Positions 27,912-43,319 of a DNA stretch of 64,000 nt are shown here, in pieces. Position 1 is the stretch's first letter. Each line of letters opens with the position of its first letter. Origin of the DNA: the human T2T-CHM13v2.0 reference genome, Homo sapiens; the NCBI RefSeq assembly GCF_009914755.1, contig NC_060939.1; one strand, 5' to 3'. The notes beneath the pieces are model-generated. The model was not told the DNA's origin. It saw nothing but the letters and a program-made list of their open reading frames with translations, and ran no database searches. Made by a program: the position numbers and the translations under genes.

Positions 27912-29029
27912 TTACAATAGGATATTATTCAATTATAAGAGGAAATGAGCGATTATGCCATGAAAAGATATGGAAGAAACTTAAATGCACATTTTTAAGT
28001 GCAGAAAGCCAAATTGAAAATGTTTGCAAATATATATGACATTCTGGAATAGCTAAAACTACAGAGATAAGAAAAATATCAGTGATTGCTAAGGATTTTG
28101 GTGTGTGTGGGGGTTGTGGTTGGGGGGATGAATAGGTGAAGTATGTGGGATTTTTAGGGTGGTAATACAATCCTGTATGATACTGTGACGGTGGATACTT
28201 GACATTATGCATTTGTCAAAACTCATAGAACTTGACAATAAAAGGAGTAAATGTTAATGTATGCAAATTAAAAAATCTATCAGGGTGTTTTGGAGTCACA
28301 GGAAAAAATGCATATTGTGAGAAGATAATCTAGCTGTATCACAAATGTATGAAACAAGCACACTGAGGGATTTGGGGAAAATTGCTGACCTAAGTAACTT
28401 TGGAAATAAGTGGAGTCTGTGAGACTAAAGGCAAAAGGAACTGTACATAAGCACTATGTGCAGTTGATACGTTTGTTTCCCCTAAGGATATGGAGTAATG
28501 ATTCTCATACTGCCATACATTATACTAGAACTGAACAATGAATGGTGGATGGTGGGAGCCAGGTTTCTCAGCATTGTTTTGGGAATACACAGATAAGCAA
28601 GGGGAGAAGGCTAGAATGATCCATATGGTAATGGATTACATTAGTAAGAACTCATGTTTAATTTAAAAGAGATACAGGTGATTACATATAGAAATATTTA
28701 TGAATATGTATATATACATGGGTTAGGACACACATCTATTTTTTTGCTCTGTCAGTTTCTCTAAACTGACCCTAAAAGAAGCAACACTCTAGTAGCAACT
28801 AGCATATATAGTACCCAGATCATAGTTTCTAATACCATTCTCCAGTGAAAGGAAGTAGGGCTCCTTGGAGCAATGGCTAATTCTAGGACTATAGCAGGAA
28901 ATACACAAGATGAGCCTGGAGCATCTTGTAGTGTTAGAATGTAAGGAAATGCTCAAAAAACAAACAAAGAGAAGAGAAAAGAAACCCACAAACTACCTTG
29001 ATATGGGTATGTCAAAGTGGCACAAAAGC

Positions 29030-29820
29030 TGTATTAAGATAAATAATGCCACTCAAAAGGTATCAATCAGTTTCTATTCCCTGTAACCTGGTAATGCTAC
29101 CTTATGATGAAAAATGGTTTTTGCAGAGTGAATAAGTAAGGAATATTATTTCAGATAATCTGGCTGGACCCTAAATACAATCACATGTATCTTTTTTTTG
29201 TTTTTATTTTCTCTTTTGAGACAGAGTTTCGCTCTGTTGCCCAGGCTGGACTGCAGTGTTGTAATCTCAACTCACTGCAGTCTCCACCTCCTGGTTCAAG
29301 TGGTACTCCTGCCTCAGCCTGCCGAGTAGCTGGGACTACAGGCACACGCCACCACTCCGGGCTAATTTTTGTATTTTTTGTAGAGATGGGGTTTCACCAT
29401 GTTGTTCAGGCTGGTTTCGAACTCCTGACCTCAAGTGATCCACCCACCTCGGCCACCCAAAGTGCTGGAATTGTAGGTGTGAGCCCCCGCGCCCAGCTGA
29501 CATGTATCTTTATAAGGAGGCAGAGAGAGATCTGACACAGACACAGGAATGAAGAAGAGGCAACGTGATCAGGAAGGCAGGGATGGAAGTGAGGCAGCCA
29601 CAAGTCAAATGAGGATTGCTGGCATTCGCCAGAAACTAGAAGAGGCAAGGAATAACTTCTTACCTCCAGAGAGGGCACAGATTGGCCAACACTTGTTTTT
29701 TGTCTCAGTAAAAGTGATTTTGGACTTCTTGCCATTAGAATTTTGAGAAAATACATTTCTGTTGTTTTAAGCCATGGAGTTTGTGGTAATTTGTTACAGC
29801 AGCCCTGGGTGATTAATACA
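29030..29820 (+). mobile_element. MLT1A/B/C-like LTR interrupted by an Alu
   Basis: ccagaaactagaagaggcaaggaa...atacatttctgttgttttaagcca...tttgttacagcagccctggg...taataca. Confidence 0.85.
29195..29498 (-). mobile_element. AluS
   Basis: Full antisense dimer; TSD acatgtatcttt (29183-29194 / 29500-29511). Confidence 0.93.
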
Positions 29821-30304
29821 GAAGCCAACTGAAAGAGCTCCCAATGTCCAAAGCTGAAAGAATTTGAGTAACAAAATAAAACAAGTAGTACTCGGTGATA
29901 ACTCAAAGTAAAAAATAAATATCCATGAATCCATACTGATATAAATAAATGATTGAATAATAAATAAATAGGAAGAAGAGATAAATCTCCCATGTAGAAT
30001 AATTCCAAATAAATTATGCAGATACTCCCACATCCAACAAGGTGAAGCATAACTCTACTCTTTAAGCGTGGGATGTGCATAGTGACTTCCTTCCAAAAAG
30101 TACAGAATGAAATGGGAGAAAAAGGAGTATCTTTTCAAGCACTATTTCAGTCTGGTGATCAAGTTCACCATTATTAGTCATAAATCATGTTAATAGTCTA
30201 TACCCTTGATATGTTATAATAAAAATGGCACTTTACCTCTGTTATCTTTCTCTCTAAAACTCATAACCCCAGTTGAATAATGAGAAACAAAATCAGAAAA
30301 ATTC

Positions 30305-32657
<2,353 letters not shown>

Positions 32658-32929
32658 AAAAATTCTAATAAAGGGGCATCCTACAATATAGTTGACCAAT
32701 GCTTCTCAAAATTGTTAAAGTTACAAAAATGCCAGAAAGTCTGAGAAACTGTCACAGCCAAGAGGAGCCATTTTGTTCAGTATTTTGTTTAGTATTTAGT
32801 ATTTTCATTTATTTATATCCATTATGTTTCTTTCACTTCTCTGCTAATCGTACTATTTGAGTCATTTTGAGATGGGTTTATCTTGACTCTTTTTGTTCTT
32901 TAGCATTGGTCATGTGCTTCCATTTCTTT

Positions 32930-33330
32930 GCATGAATCATACATAATAGACTTGGAGAAGGCTGATTTTTATTCCAGTCAACAATTAATATGGCTGGACT
33001 CAAACTCCATCTGTGTCCCCTGAAGTCAACAGTTTCCCTAGGATCTGTAGTTTCCAGCTGCTGCTTTTTAACTAGTTCCCCTGTGAAGTTTAGCTGAGTG
33101 GTCAGCCTACATTTCAGGCCAATATTAGCTGCTATTTTGGGACACACCCACTACATGACCCCTTCTCTTCCAAGCTTCCTGGCTGCTCCCCAAACCCTAA
33201 ACTCTGGCCTTTTATGCTTCAGAGCAGTAAGGCTGCGATGTTCTGCTGCTCTGAGCTGCTGTGCAGACTGGAGATTGTCCTCAGGCAGGAAGCTGTACAT
33301 TCTCCAATCTCACCAGCTGCAATTTTTGTT
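32930..33330 (-). mobile_element. Possible ancient L1M 5'-region fragment
   Basis: ctctgagctgctgtgcagactggagattgtcctcaggcaggaagc resembles L1M 5' UTR; highly diverged. Confidence 0.35.
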
Positions 33331-33589
33331 TTGTGAGGGCTCCTTTCAGCAAATGGAAGGGCTGGGATCCAATCCAGGAAGTTTTGTCTCAAAGTTTGCA
33401 CTCTTAATCTCTAACAATGCTTCCTCTCAAATTTATTTTCCCTGAAGATGAAATACTGGGGATAATTGCTAAACCCACTTATATTTTAGTCATAGCTAAT
33501 TCTTGTGTTCTATTAAAAAAACACAACAGAGAATTAACTCGGAGATTCTGATTGCCCCTCAAATCATGCCGTATAGTCTACAGTCATGC

Positions 33590-33735
33590 TCTTTATGAGA
33601 GAACACAAAATAGAAACCTACATCAAGATATCTTGATTGTAGGGCTGGCTCTACCATTAAGTTCATATGTACCTTTGGTAAACTGTCTCTTATCTCTCAG
33701 CTCCAGTTTACTCACCTGTGAAATGGAGTGATAGT
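33590..33735 (+). mobile_element. MIR fragment
   Basis: ggctctaccatt...gtacctttggtaa...tctctcagctccagtttactcacctgtgaaatggag. Confidence 0.65.
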
Positions 33736-33999
33736 ACATTTTACTCTAACAGTAAAGTTACAGAACCATCAGAAGTCATCCACCTGTGTATTTCCTTTTA
33801 GTCTCCACTAGAGGGAGAAGCAATACCAAACAGATTTGCTAAAAATAAAAAACAAAAAACCTGACATAGAATCTCCAGTGTCAGTTTATTTAAACATTTT
33901 TTTTCTGATTATTGAACCCTCTTCATTATAGAAAATGTAGAACATATGAAGAAGCATAAATAACCAGAAAACATCGCCAAAAAAAAAAATCACTGTTGT

Positions 34000-34560
34000 G
34001 TACATTTTTCATCTCTTTTGGCTGCCTGACATCAGAACCTCTTTCGCTGTAGAGGTGAAAATCCCTGCTTTCCCTACCTCCTCTTGCAGCTGGGATGTGG
34101 ACACATGACTGAGGTTCTGCCCCAGAAGTGGGTCTGAAAACAAGAGAGCATAAGCAGGAAAGAATCCACGCTGGTAAGAGGTGCAGCGCCAGGGAGTAGC
34201 AGTGACCTCGGCTCCTGAGGCAGCAACGTCAGTGATGCAGGGGGCACTGATGAAGCCCTGCCCTGCCCCTGGCCCAGTTCATTTGGGAACTGGGGTTTAT
34301 TGAGTTTCATGGATCTTTCACCAAATTGAGGAAATTTTCAAACAATGGATGGCACAGTGGGACCTCACTAAACTGCTTTTGGGACGATTTTGAACATTGC
34401 TCTTGGATTCTTGAACTGGCTTCCTTTTAGCCCTTTGTGCCACGCCCAACCACTTCCTGCCTCGAGAGTCCGTGAACTATTTAAAATCTTCTTTTTAAAT
34501 CTCCTTTTTACTGTTTAAAACAACTAGATTTTTTTCTTCTTCTAGTACTTGCAACGATAA
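34000..34560 (+). mobile_element. Old ERVL LTR (LTR33/LTR16-like)
   Basis: ttttggctgcctgacatcagaacctcttt...ctcttgcagctgggatgtggacacatgactgaggttctgcc. Confidence 0.55.
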
Positions 34561-35219
34561 ATCTTACCCGAAGCCAACTTTCCTGGAGACAATCACTGTT
34601 GGTATTTTGGTAAATTTTAAGAGAGTCTTTAAATAATTTTAAAGAATTTGTTAAAGAGAGGGATGTATGGGCTCCAATACAAGTTCCCCAGATGTATTTT
34701 TTAAAGTGTTCCAGGTTCATCGAGATGTATTATGGTTGGAGGACCTCTAGTCTTCTGGATACCTCCACTGGAATGTGGATATTCCATGAAGCTGAGTTCA
34801 CTTCATAACCTGAAAGTTTGCTTCACTTCCTGTATTCCCTCCTCCCACCCACCTTTTTAATGGAGCCTTCTAGTTACCTAAGTTAGATATCTCGGAGACC
34901 TCTTTGCCTACTGTCTTTCCCTCACATTCTATACTTAATCGTTTACATTTATATTTTATCGATGTCTGCATTTTACTGCTGCCTGTTACCTGAGGTGTAA
35001 TACAGATTTCAGCTGGTTTAGAACTAGATTCTAATGTGGCTAATACGTGGAGCTAGTTTTTTCTTCTCATCTTATCTCCATGACCTCTAATTGTTCTGAC
35101 AGACTGATTTTCAGGAAAATTGAGGACACTGATGGTCGTAAAGCATGAACTCTCTTCACATTTGGAGTTCAGACAGGGCTGCCAAATTGAGAGTTAGGTT
35201 ACAGGCAGGTAAGAAAGTA

Positions 35220-35297
35220 TCAGGTTGGTGCAAAAGTAATTGCGGTTTTACCAGTACTTTTAATGGCAAAACCGCAATTACTTTTGTACCAACCTAA
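35220..35297. mobile_element. MADE1 (Hsmar1-derived MITE)
   Basis: About 80-bp near-palindrome aggttggtgcaaaagtaattgcggtttt...aaaaccgcaattacttttgtaccaacct; TA on the left flank. Confidence 0.95.
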
Positions 35298-35811
35298 CAC
35301 ACACACAGAGAATTCATTCTAAGCCGGGAAGTTACCTAGCATGGACCTTCAGCCTCACCCAAAGGGACTAAGGGTCAGAGTGGTGCAAGGTACCATGTAG
35401 TAATTGGTAGGTAAACCCATTCCAGCTCAGCTATCCTGGTGATATGTGTGTTCCCTGGGAAAAAACAAAAATGAATTGTTTGTACCCTAAAGACCTCTGT
35501 CACTAAACTCTATAGCACCCCATTGCTCAATCTACCCTGCTATGGATGCCCCTCAAATACAACAGGGGTAGGGGCCAGGGGGATGAAACTCCTTTCCACT
35601 TAATAAGAGATTGCTGGGCACGTGCTGTACCCTGAGGACCAAGAGCAGTGGTGGCCAGAGAAAATCAGCAAATTTCTAATTTCATCGTGGAAGATGCTAA
35701 TGGCAAGCAGCAACCTGAAATTTTTGTTGTTGTTCTGTAAACATATATAAGAAATCGGTTGCAAACTCCCAGACATTTTTTGGAGTGTCTGTGCAGAGGA
35801 AGTGCTGCTTC

Positions 35812-36362
35812 TCTAATGCCCAACCTTGTTTTTACTAACCCTGCTTTTTGACTCTCCCTTAGCTAAGAGAGCCAGACAGACTCCATCTTGGCTCTTTCAC
35901 TGGCAGCCCCTTCCTCAAGGACTTAACTTGTGCAAGCTGACTCCCAGCACATCCAAGAATGCAATTAACTGATAAGATACTGTGGCCAGCTATATCCGCA
36001 GTTCGTCCAGGAATTCGTCCGATTGATAACACCCAAAGCTCCGCGTCTATCACCTTGTAATAGTCTTAAAGCCCCTGCACCTGGAACTGTTTACTTTCCT
36101 GTAACCATTTATCCTTTTAACTTTTTTGCCTACTTTACTTCTGCAAAATTGTTTTAACTAGACCCCCCCTCCCCTTTCTAAACCAAAGTATAAAAGAAAA
36201 TCTAGGTCCTTCTTCAAAGCCGAGAGAACTTTGAGCATTAGCCGTCTCTTGGCCACCAGCTAAATAAACGGACTCTTAATTCATCTCAAAGTGTGGCATT
36301 TTCTCTAACTCGCTCAGGTACAACATTTGGAGGCCCCAGTGAGACTATATTCAGGTACAACA
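35812..36362 (+). mobile_element. LTR6-like (HERV-S71/HERV-T) remnant: LTR 35812-36325, PBS, and 12-bp second LTR end
   Basis: TATAAAA near 36188, AATAAA near 36263, LTR end ...ggtacaaca; 4-bp TSD cttc (35808-35811 / 36363-36366). Confidence 0.8.
36328..36345 (+). promoter_or_regulatory. Retroviral primer-binding site complementary to the tRNA-Thr 3' end
   Basis: tggaggccccagtgagac begins 2 nt after the LTR; resembles PBS-Thr TGGAGGCCCCAGCGAGAT as recalled. Confidence 0.8.
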
Positions 36363-36479
36363 CTTCTGCAGGTGGCACTTGGAGCTAGTAAGATTAGAAG
36401 ATAAGGGTACATGTAACTCAATCTGCCCTCGCAGGTTTGTGAGGTTAGAGAGCCCCAGCTTCCATAGACGCCTCAAATG

Positions 36480-36870
36480 TGTCTCCATCCCTCTCCTCTC
36501 CATGCTGCTGCTTATGTTAGCTCTTCATTATTTCTCACCTGGAATACTGTGCCAGCCTCTTAACCTGGATCCTGCCTTCTGTCTTTCTCCAACTTTTAAT
36601 CCATGCTCCACGAGTGCCAGATTAATTTTCTGTGGCACAAGTTAGATTATGTCATTCTTCTGCTTAAAATCACAATGGCTTTCCATTTTCTTTAAAAAAG
36701 CATCTGATCTCCTATTGATTTGCAAGATTTTTTTATGATTTGGCTTCAGTTATGCTGCATAGACCTTTCCTGAATTCAGCTTTCCCATCTGGCACCTTAC
36801 ACTTTCGTCATACTTTACTGTTGGTGGTTTCATGAGCTTAGCATGTATTTTATATTTGTGCATTTGAATG
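36480..36870 (+). mobile_element. L2 fragment
   Basis: tctcacctggaatactgtgccagcctcttaac...gattatgtcattcttctgcttaaaa. Confidence 0.65.
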
Positions 36871-37407
36871 TCTTCCTTATCTTTAGATGACTAAAAGAGT
36901 TAACTAAAATGTTTGACACAATTCGTTTTATAGGAGAGTCACAATTAAATCCTCTAAAAATTGGTCTTTAGCAAAAAAAGCACAAATCTTTCTTTTTATT
37001 CAGAGCCAAGCATCATCTTGTATATGTGCATTTACAGCATTAGCAGTATCTCTGGATCCAACTATTTAATTGTGAGGATCCACTTTGAATAGTTTGTGTT
37101 TGGGGTTAAGAGTCATGTTTTCTGTCCACTTGAGGCACAACTTCCTTTTTAAATTTTTGACTCTTTGAGAACTTTTAAAGTGGGAATCAGAAAGAAATTT
37201 ATACTGTCTTGATAGATACCTTAAGACTGTCTGTCCACCAGATGTCACCCTGACTTCTTAAGAGCCATAGAAAACAAAAGAGCTAGACTTCCTTGTTTGT
37301 TATTTTTGACAGTGCATATATAAACTGATGATAGATTAAGTCTTAAATAGGGGCCGGGACAGGTGGGATTGGAAAAAAAAAAACCAAGGTTTATTTCCTT
37401 ATATATG

Positions 37408-37687
37408 TGAGACGGAGTTTCTCTTTTGTTGCCCAGGCTGGAGTGCAATGATCTCGGCTCACTGCAACCTCTGCCTCCTGGGTTCAAGCGATTCTTCTGC
37501 CTCAGCCTCTGGAGTAGCTGGGATTACAGGTGAGTGCCACCATGCCCGGCTGATTTTTTGTGTTTTTAGTAGAGACACAGTTTCACCATGTTGGCCAGGC
37601 TGGTCTCGAAGTCCTGCCCTCAGGTGATACAGCCACCTCGGCCTCCTAAAGTGCTGGGATTACAGGCGTGAGCTACCACACCCGGCC
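37408..37687 (-). mobile_element. AluSq/Sp-like element inserted in the tail of an L1
   Basis: Full antisense Alu abutting an L1 3' end. Confidence 0.9.
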
Positions 37688-37915
37688 TTTATTTTTTTGA
37701 TTTTATTAATTCAACTTTTATTTTAGATGCAGTGGGTGCATGTGCAGATTTGTTGCATGGGAATATTGCTTGGTGCTGAGGTATGGAGTAGGAATCTCAA
37801 AAATTACCGAGATAGTGAGCATAGTACCTGACAGGTAGATTTCTAACCCACCCCTCCACCCTGTAGTATTCCATGGTGTCTATTGTTCCCATGTTTATGT
37901 CCATGTGTCCTCAAT
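37688..37915 (-). mobile_element. L1PB-like 3' end fragment
   Basis: caacttttattttagatgcagtgggtgcatgtgcagatttgttgcatggg...; degenerate TSD aaaacc(c)aag. Confidence 0.8.
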
Positions 37916-38480
37916 AAAACCCAAGTCTTTATGTTTCTCCAAATCCCTGCTTACCTGAGAGAGGCAGCACCTTTCTAGATAACACTGTCAATTCAACTTT
38001 CCTTTCACTGCTTAGTTATAGTTTTAAAAGTACTCTCAGTTAAATTCACAATTCAATTTACAAAACTTTTGCAAATAACCTAAAGTACATGGCCATTCTG
38101 CAGATCACATAAGGCTTCTCTTAATTTCAGTGAAACATCTATTTAGACATCATTCACGGTGATAGTCTTTGATGGAGGACCATTGACACAACTTCCAATC
38201 AAGTCAGACTGCTGGGTGGTCTCACAAACAAGCAACATGTGTTTTGCTTTTACTAGTCTCTATTATTACAAATAACATTTTTCACTGTCAACAATTAGCA
38301 TCCTTTTATTCTGCTCTAATTTCCCCTTCTTTTAAGGATTCATCTATTGTGAGCTTTAATTGGTGTATGGGCGTGTGTGAGTGCTCATACACTCTATAAT
38401 AACAAACCAGAACTGCCCTTTCTCATCAGAGATTTTCTACTATCTTCCAAACCGTGTACTTTGATATTTTAATTGTTTAC

Positions 38481-38662
38481 AGCCGGGCACAGTGGCGCGC
38501 GCCTGTAATCCCAGCTACTCGGAAGGCTGAGGTGGAAGAATTACCTGAGCCCAGGAGGTGGAGACTACAGTGAGCAGAGATTGTACCACTGGCACTCCAG
38601 CCTGGGCAACAGAGTACCACTGCACTCCAGCCTGTAAAACAGAGACCCTGTTTCAAAATAAT
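38481..38662 (+). mobile_element. Free Alu monomer (FRAM/FAM-like) with an internal ~30-bp tandem duplication
   Basis: gccgggcacagtggcgcgcgcctgtaatcccagctactc...; gtaccactg(g)cactccagcctg occurs twice. Confidence 0.8.
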
Positions 38663-38798
38663 TAAGTGTGGATAAAGAACCAAAACTTATGTAGCATCTA
38701 CCGTATGTCAGGCACTTTATATATATGATCCAAATATGAGTTAAAGTCTTCTTTGTTTTCTGAGAGATTTGCCCCTGATTGATAGAAAATCCCAACCT

Positions 38799-39297
<499 letters not shown>

Positions 39298-39308
39298 TGA
39301 GAATTCTT

Positions 39309-39604
<296 letters not shown>

Positions 39605-39648
39605 TGAGAATTCTTGTTGGCAGAGAGAGTGGTGGATGGCTCAGTTTT

Positions 39649-39676
39649 CTTGCTTGCTTGCTTGCTTGCTTGCTTG
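39649..39676. repeat. (CTTG)n microsatellite
   Basis: About 7 tandem cttg units. Confidence 0.9.
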
Positions 39677-39769
39677 TCTTTCTTCCTGTCTTTCTTTCTT
39701 TTTCTATTAAAAAACAAACAGATTAATTGACCTTTAACTTTTAAACCAAAAAAATAAAAACAACAACAA

Positions 39770-41131
39770 CAAAAAAACTGTACATATTTAACATACGCAT
39801 AATTTGATGAGCCTGGACATAAGCATACACCAGTGAAGTCATCACTACAATCAAGTAATAGATATAACTACCATCTCTAAAAGTTTCCTTGTTTCTCTTT
39901 GTTTTGTTTTGTTGTTTGTTGTTGTTGTTGTAAGGACACCTAACATGAGATGCACTTCCTTAACAAATTTTTAAGTGCGCTATACAGTATTGGTAACTAT
40001 ATGTTCTGTGTTGTACAGCAGATCTCTAGAACTTATTCATCAAGCATGACTGAAACTTTATTCCCATTGAAAGGCAACTCTCAATTTCCCACTCCCGCCA
40101 GCCTCTGGTACCCTTCATTCTACCGTCTGTTTTTTTCTGTGGTTATGACTATTTTAGATAACTCACATAAGTGGAATCACACTTTATTTGTCCCTCAGTG
40201 GCTGTCTTATTTCACTTAGAATAATGTTCTCTAGATTCATCCATGTTTTGTCACAAATGGCAGGATTTCCTTCTTTTCAAAAGCTAATATTCCATTGTAT
40301 TATACTATGCTTTCTTTCTCCAAGCTTGGCTTTCTACAATAGCTTTGCTATTGTAACTAACACTGCAATAAATGTAGGACTGCAGATATCTTATCAAGAT
40401 CTTTATTTTAATATTTTACATATATACGCACAAGTGGGATTGCTAGGTCCTATGGTAATTCTGTTTTTAACTTTTGGAAGAACCTTCATATTCTTTTTGA
40501 TTGCACTATTTTACAAGGATTCCCTTTTCTCCACATCCTTACCAATGGTTATTATCTTTTTTTTTTATAATGGTCATACTAACAGGTGTGAGATGATATC
40601 TTGTGTGGTTTTTGTTTTCATTTCCCTGATTATTGGTGATGTTGAGCACCTTTTCATGTATTTACTGGCCATACACTGAGGGAAAGGAGAGTCTTTTCAA
40701 TAAATGGTGCTGGGAAAACAAGTTATCTACGTGCAAAATTATAAAATTGGACACCTATTTTTATACCATACACAAAAATAAAGACAAAATGAATTAAAGG
40801 CTTAAATGTAAAAACTGAAATTATAAAACTACCGGAAGAACAAATAGGGTAAAGTTTCTTGACATTGGTGTTGGCAATGATTTCTTGGATATGATACCAA
40901 AAGCAGAGACAAACAAAACCAAAATATACAAATGGGATTGCTGTAAACTAAAAAGTTGAATGAGAGAAAATATTTACAAACCATATATTTAATAAGGAGC
41001 TAAGGGCCAAAAACAAAAACAAACAAACAAAAAAACTCCTACAACTTAGTAACGTCAACAACAACAACAACAACAACAACAAGAACCCAACGAAGTTTAA
41101 AAATGGGGAAAGGGCTCTAATAGAAATTTCT
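39770..41131 (-). mobile_element. L1MA10/L1MB-like element with 5' inversion (3' part minus strand 39770-40672; inverted ORF2 part plus strand 40673-41131)
   Basis: Antisense L1 3' end switches to sense ORF2 (gtcttttcaataaatggtgctggg); the two parts are nearly adjacent in the L1 consensus. Confidence 0.8.
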
Positions 41132-41672
41132 GTAAATAAGTAACATTTCTTTTTCTTACTCTGGCTCCATTTTTTTGGCTTCCTGCTGAAGCCCTGATCT
41201 CACTTGTGTCTCCCTTTCTAAGATTGTTCTTCTCCATGCTCTCCAAAGATCCACACGTGGGACAGAACATGTTTTCCTCTATTTCCCTCCAACCACTAGT
41301 CAAAAAGAAATTCAGAAAGTTTAGGTAACATGCTCAAGAGAGCATGGTGATGGAGCAGGGACATACTTCAAGGTTTTCTGCCTGAAAACCAGAGCTATTC
41401 CTATTCATCTTTCTTTCTGATGTATTGGCCAATGACATATGGTGGGCAGGGAACTCATGAAATGAAGTGAATTTGACTTATCATGAGATAGTAAAACATT
41501 CGAAGTGGTGAAAATTTAAATATTTTTCAAAGAGAAAACTTTTAATATTTAGAGCAATGATTATTTTACTAATATTCATTAATTGGGGATAATGTTCTTA
41601 TTATCATTATGTAAGAGTTATCTATAAATAAAATTATCTAACGTTTCAATATGTGGCAAAGTATTTAGTTTC

Positions 41673-41836
41673 TTTTTTTTTTTTTTTTGAGACAGAGTCT
41701 TGCTCTGTTGCCCAGGCTGGACTGCAGTGATGCGATCTCGGCTCATTGCCACCTCTGCCTCCCAGGTTGAAGCTATTTTCCTGCCTCAGCCTCCTGAGTA
41801 GCTGGGGTTACAGTCAAGAGCCATGGCACCTGGTCT
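41673..41836 (-). mobile_element. Alu right monomer or truncated Alu
   Basis: Poly(T) followed by gagacagagtcttgctctgttgcccagg. Confidence 0.85.
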
Positions 41837-42855
41837 TCATCAATAATTTTTAGTGTATAGAGTCATGAAACCAAAAGATTTGAGAACAGCTTTTGTAGCC
41901 TATACTGAATTTTTAGGATTTTCAAGACAGCAAAAGGAAATACATAATGTTTTTCTGCTTCATACCAGAGATTTTACATATTTAATCATGTTTTATAAAT
42001 TTTATCTTTTCTTAATTATCTTAATAGAATTGTAAATTTTACACCCATTCCATAATTGAAGAGCTTGAGATCTGGAAATGTTACTTAAAATCCTCATAGG
42101 TTAACAAAGGGCAGAAGAGAAATTAAACCTAGGTCTGAATGACTACAAAGACCATTCTGTCCTGCACTTAAACGTGTAGAACTACAGCTGTGATGTGAAA
42201 TGAGGTGGGCTACAGACATGGCTTTTCAGGTACAGAGAATAAAACAATCTAGGAAGTCCACATCTACCAATTGTGGCTGTAGCTCAGTACACAGTTTTCC
42301 AAAACATGGTTTCATTCTTGACAAAATGAAAAAAAAATCTTGTTTGGAATAGGAAGTCAACTTGATTGGATGCATTTTGGGGCCACGAGATCAAACAGAA
42401 GACCTGGATAATCTTTTTGTTATATTAATATTTCACCCAGTGTTTTACCACTGCCTATGGGCAAAGAATTGAATTTGACCTGCCTTGGAATTAGATTTTC
42501 TTTTTAAATTTTCCATTAGGAAAATATTGCTGACTCTTGTCCTAGATTTTCAGTCTATTAAAAAATATTCTCATCCATGGCTAAAACACATAGAAATTTT
42601 TATATTTTAAGTTCCTCCTTAGAACTTAGTGTTTTGGTCTCCCTTTATATCACAATTGGAAAAACATTAAAAATATGAAATTAAAGCAAAATACCTGGAA
42701 GCAACTGTATATAGAATCACAAATCATCTATCCAAGAGCTAAGACATTGCTGCTTATTACTATTTATATATACAAAATTAATTAAAGATGTGATAGTTCT
42801 CTTCCAAGCTAAATCCTGAGTACCCTTGGAACAGAGACTGTCTCATTCTCTTTGG

Positions 42856-42930
42856 TCCTGACCTCAAGTGATCCGCCCACCTCAGCCTCCCAAAGTGCTG
42901 GGGTTACAGGCGTGAGCCGCGGCACCCAAC
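42856..42930 (-). mobile_element. Tailless Alu 5' fragment inside an L2 3' end
   Basis: First ~75 nt of Alu only; flanked by gtctcattctctttgg / gtcgcattccctttgg. Confidence 0.8.
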
Positions 42931-43319
42931 AGTCGCATTCCCTTTGGCTAGCCCATTACCTGCATAGCAACTGGAACTCAGGAAGTACTCAACACATTTG
43001 TTTAATTGTCAAATGTAATTGACTTTATTTAAAATGCATTTTTTTCCTGATTTAAATGTCTTTATTCTGCTATGTAATTCAACTCATTATATAATATACT
43101 CATTTCCATATCATCTAATTACTTTGGAAAAACAATAAGAAAAGTTGTTTGGTTAGGATCAACGCATTGAAAATTCACAAAGTTTTCTTCTATATAATAT
43201 AGCTTCCCTAGCAGTTTTTAAGATTTTTCCTTTATCATTGGTAGAAAACACTTTTCACAAATAGAACTTTTTGTTTTTAATTGTAATTAAGGCAGATGGC
43301 TAACTTAGTAAATGGGTAT

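Noticed and set aside
29185-30080. 116-aa and 224-aa ORFs
   Set aside because: They span Alu, MLT1 and L1 sequence and are typical Alu-derived spurious translations.
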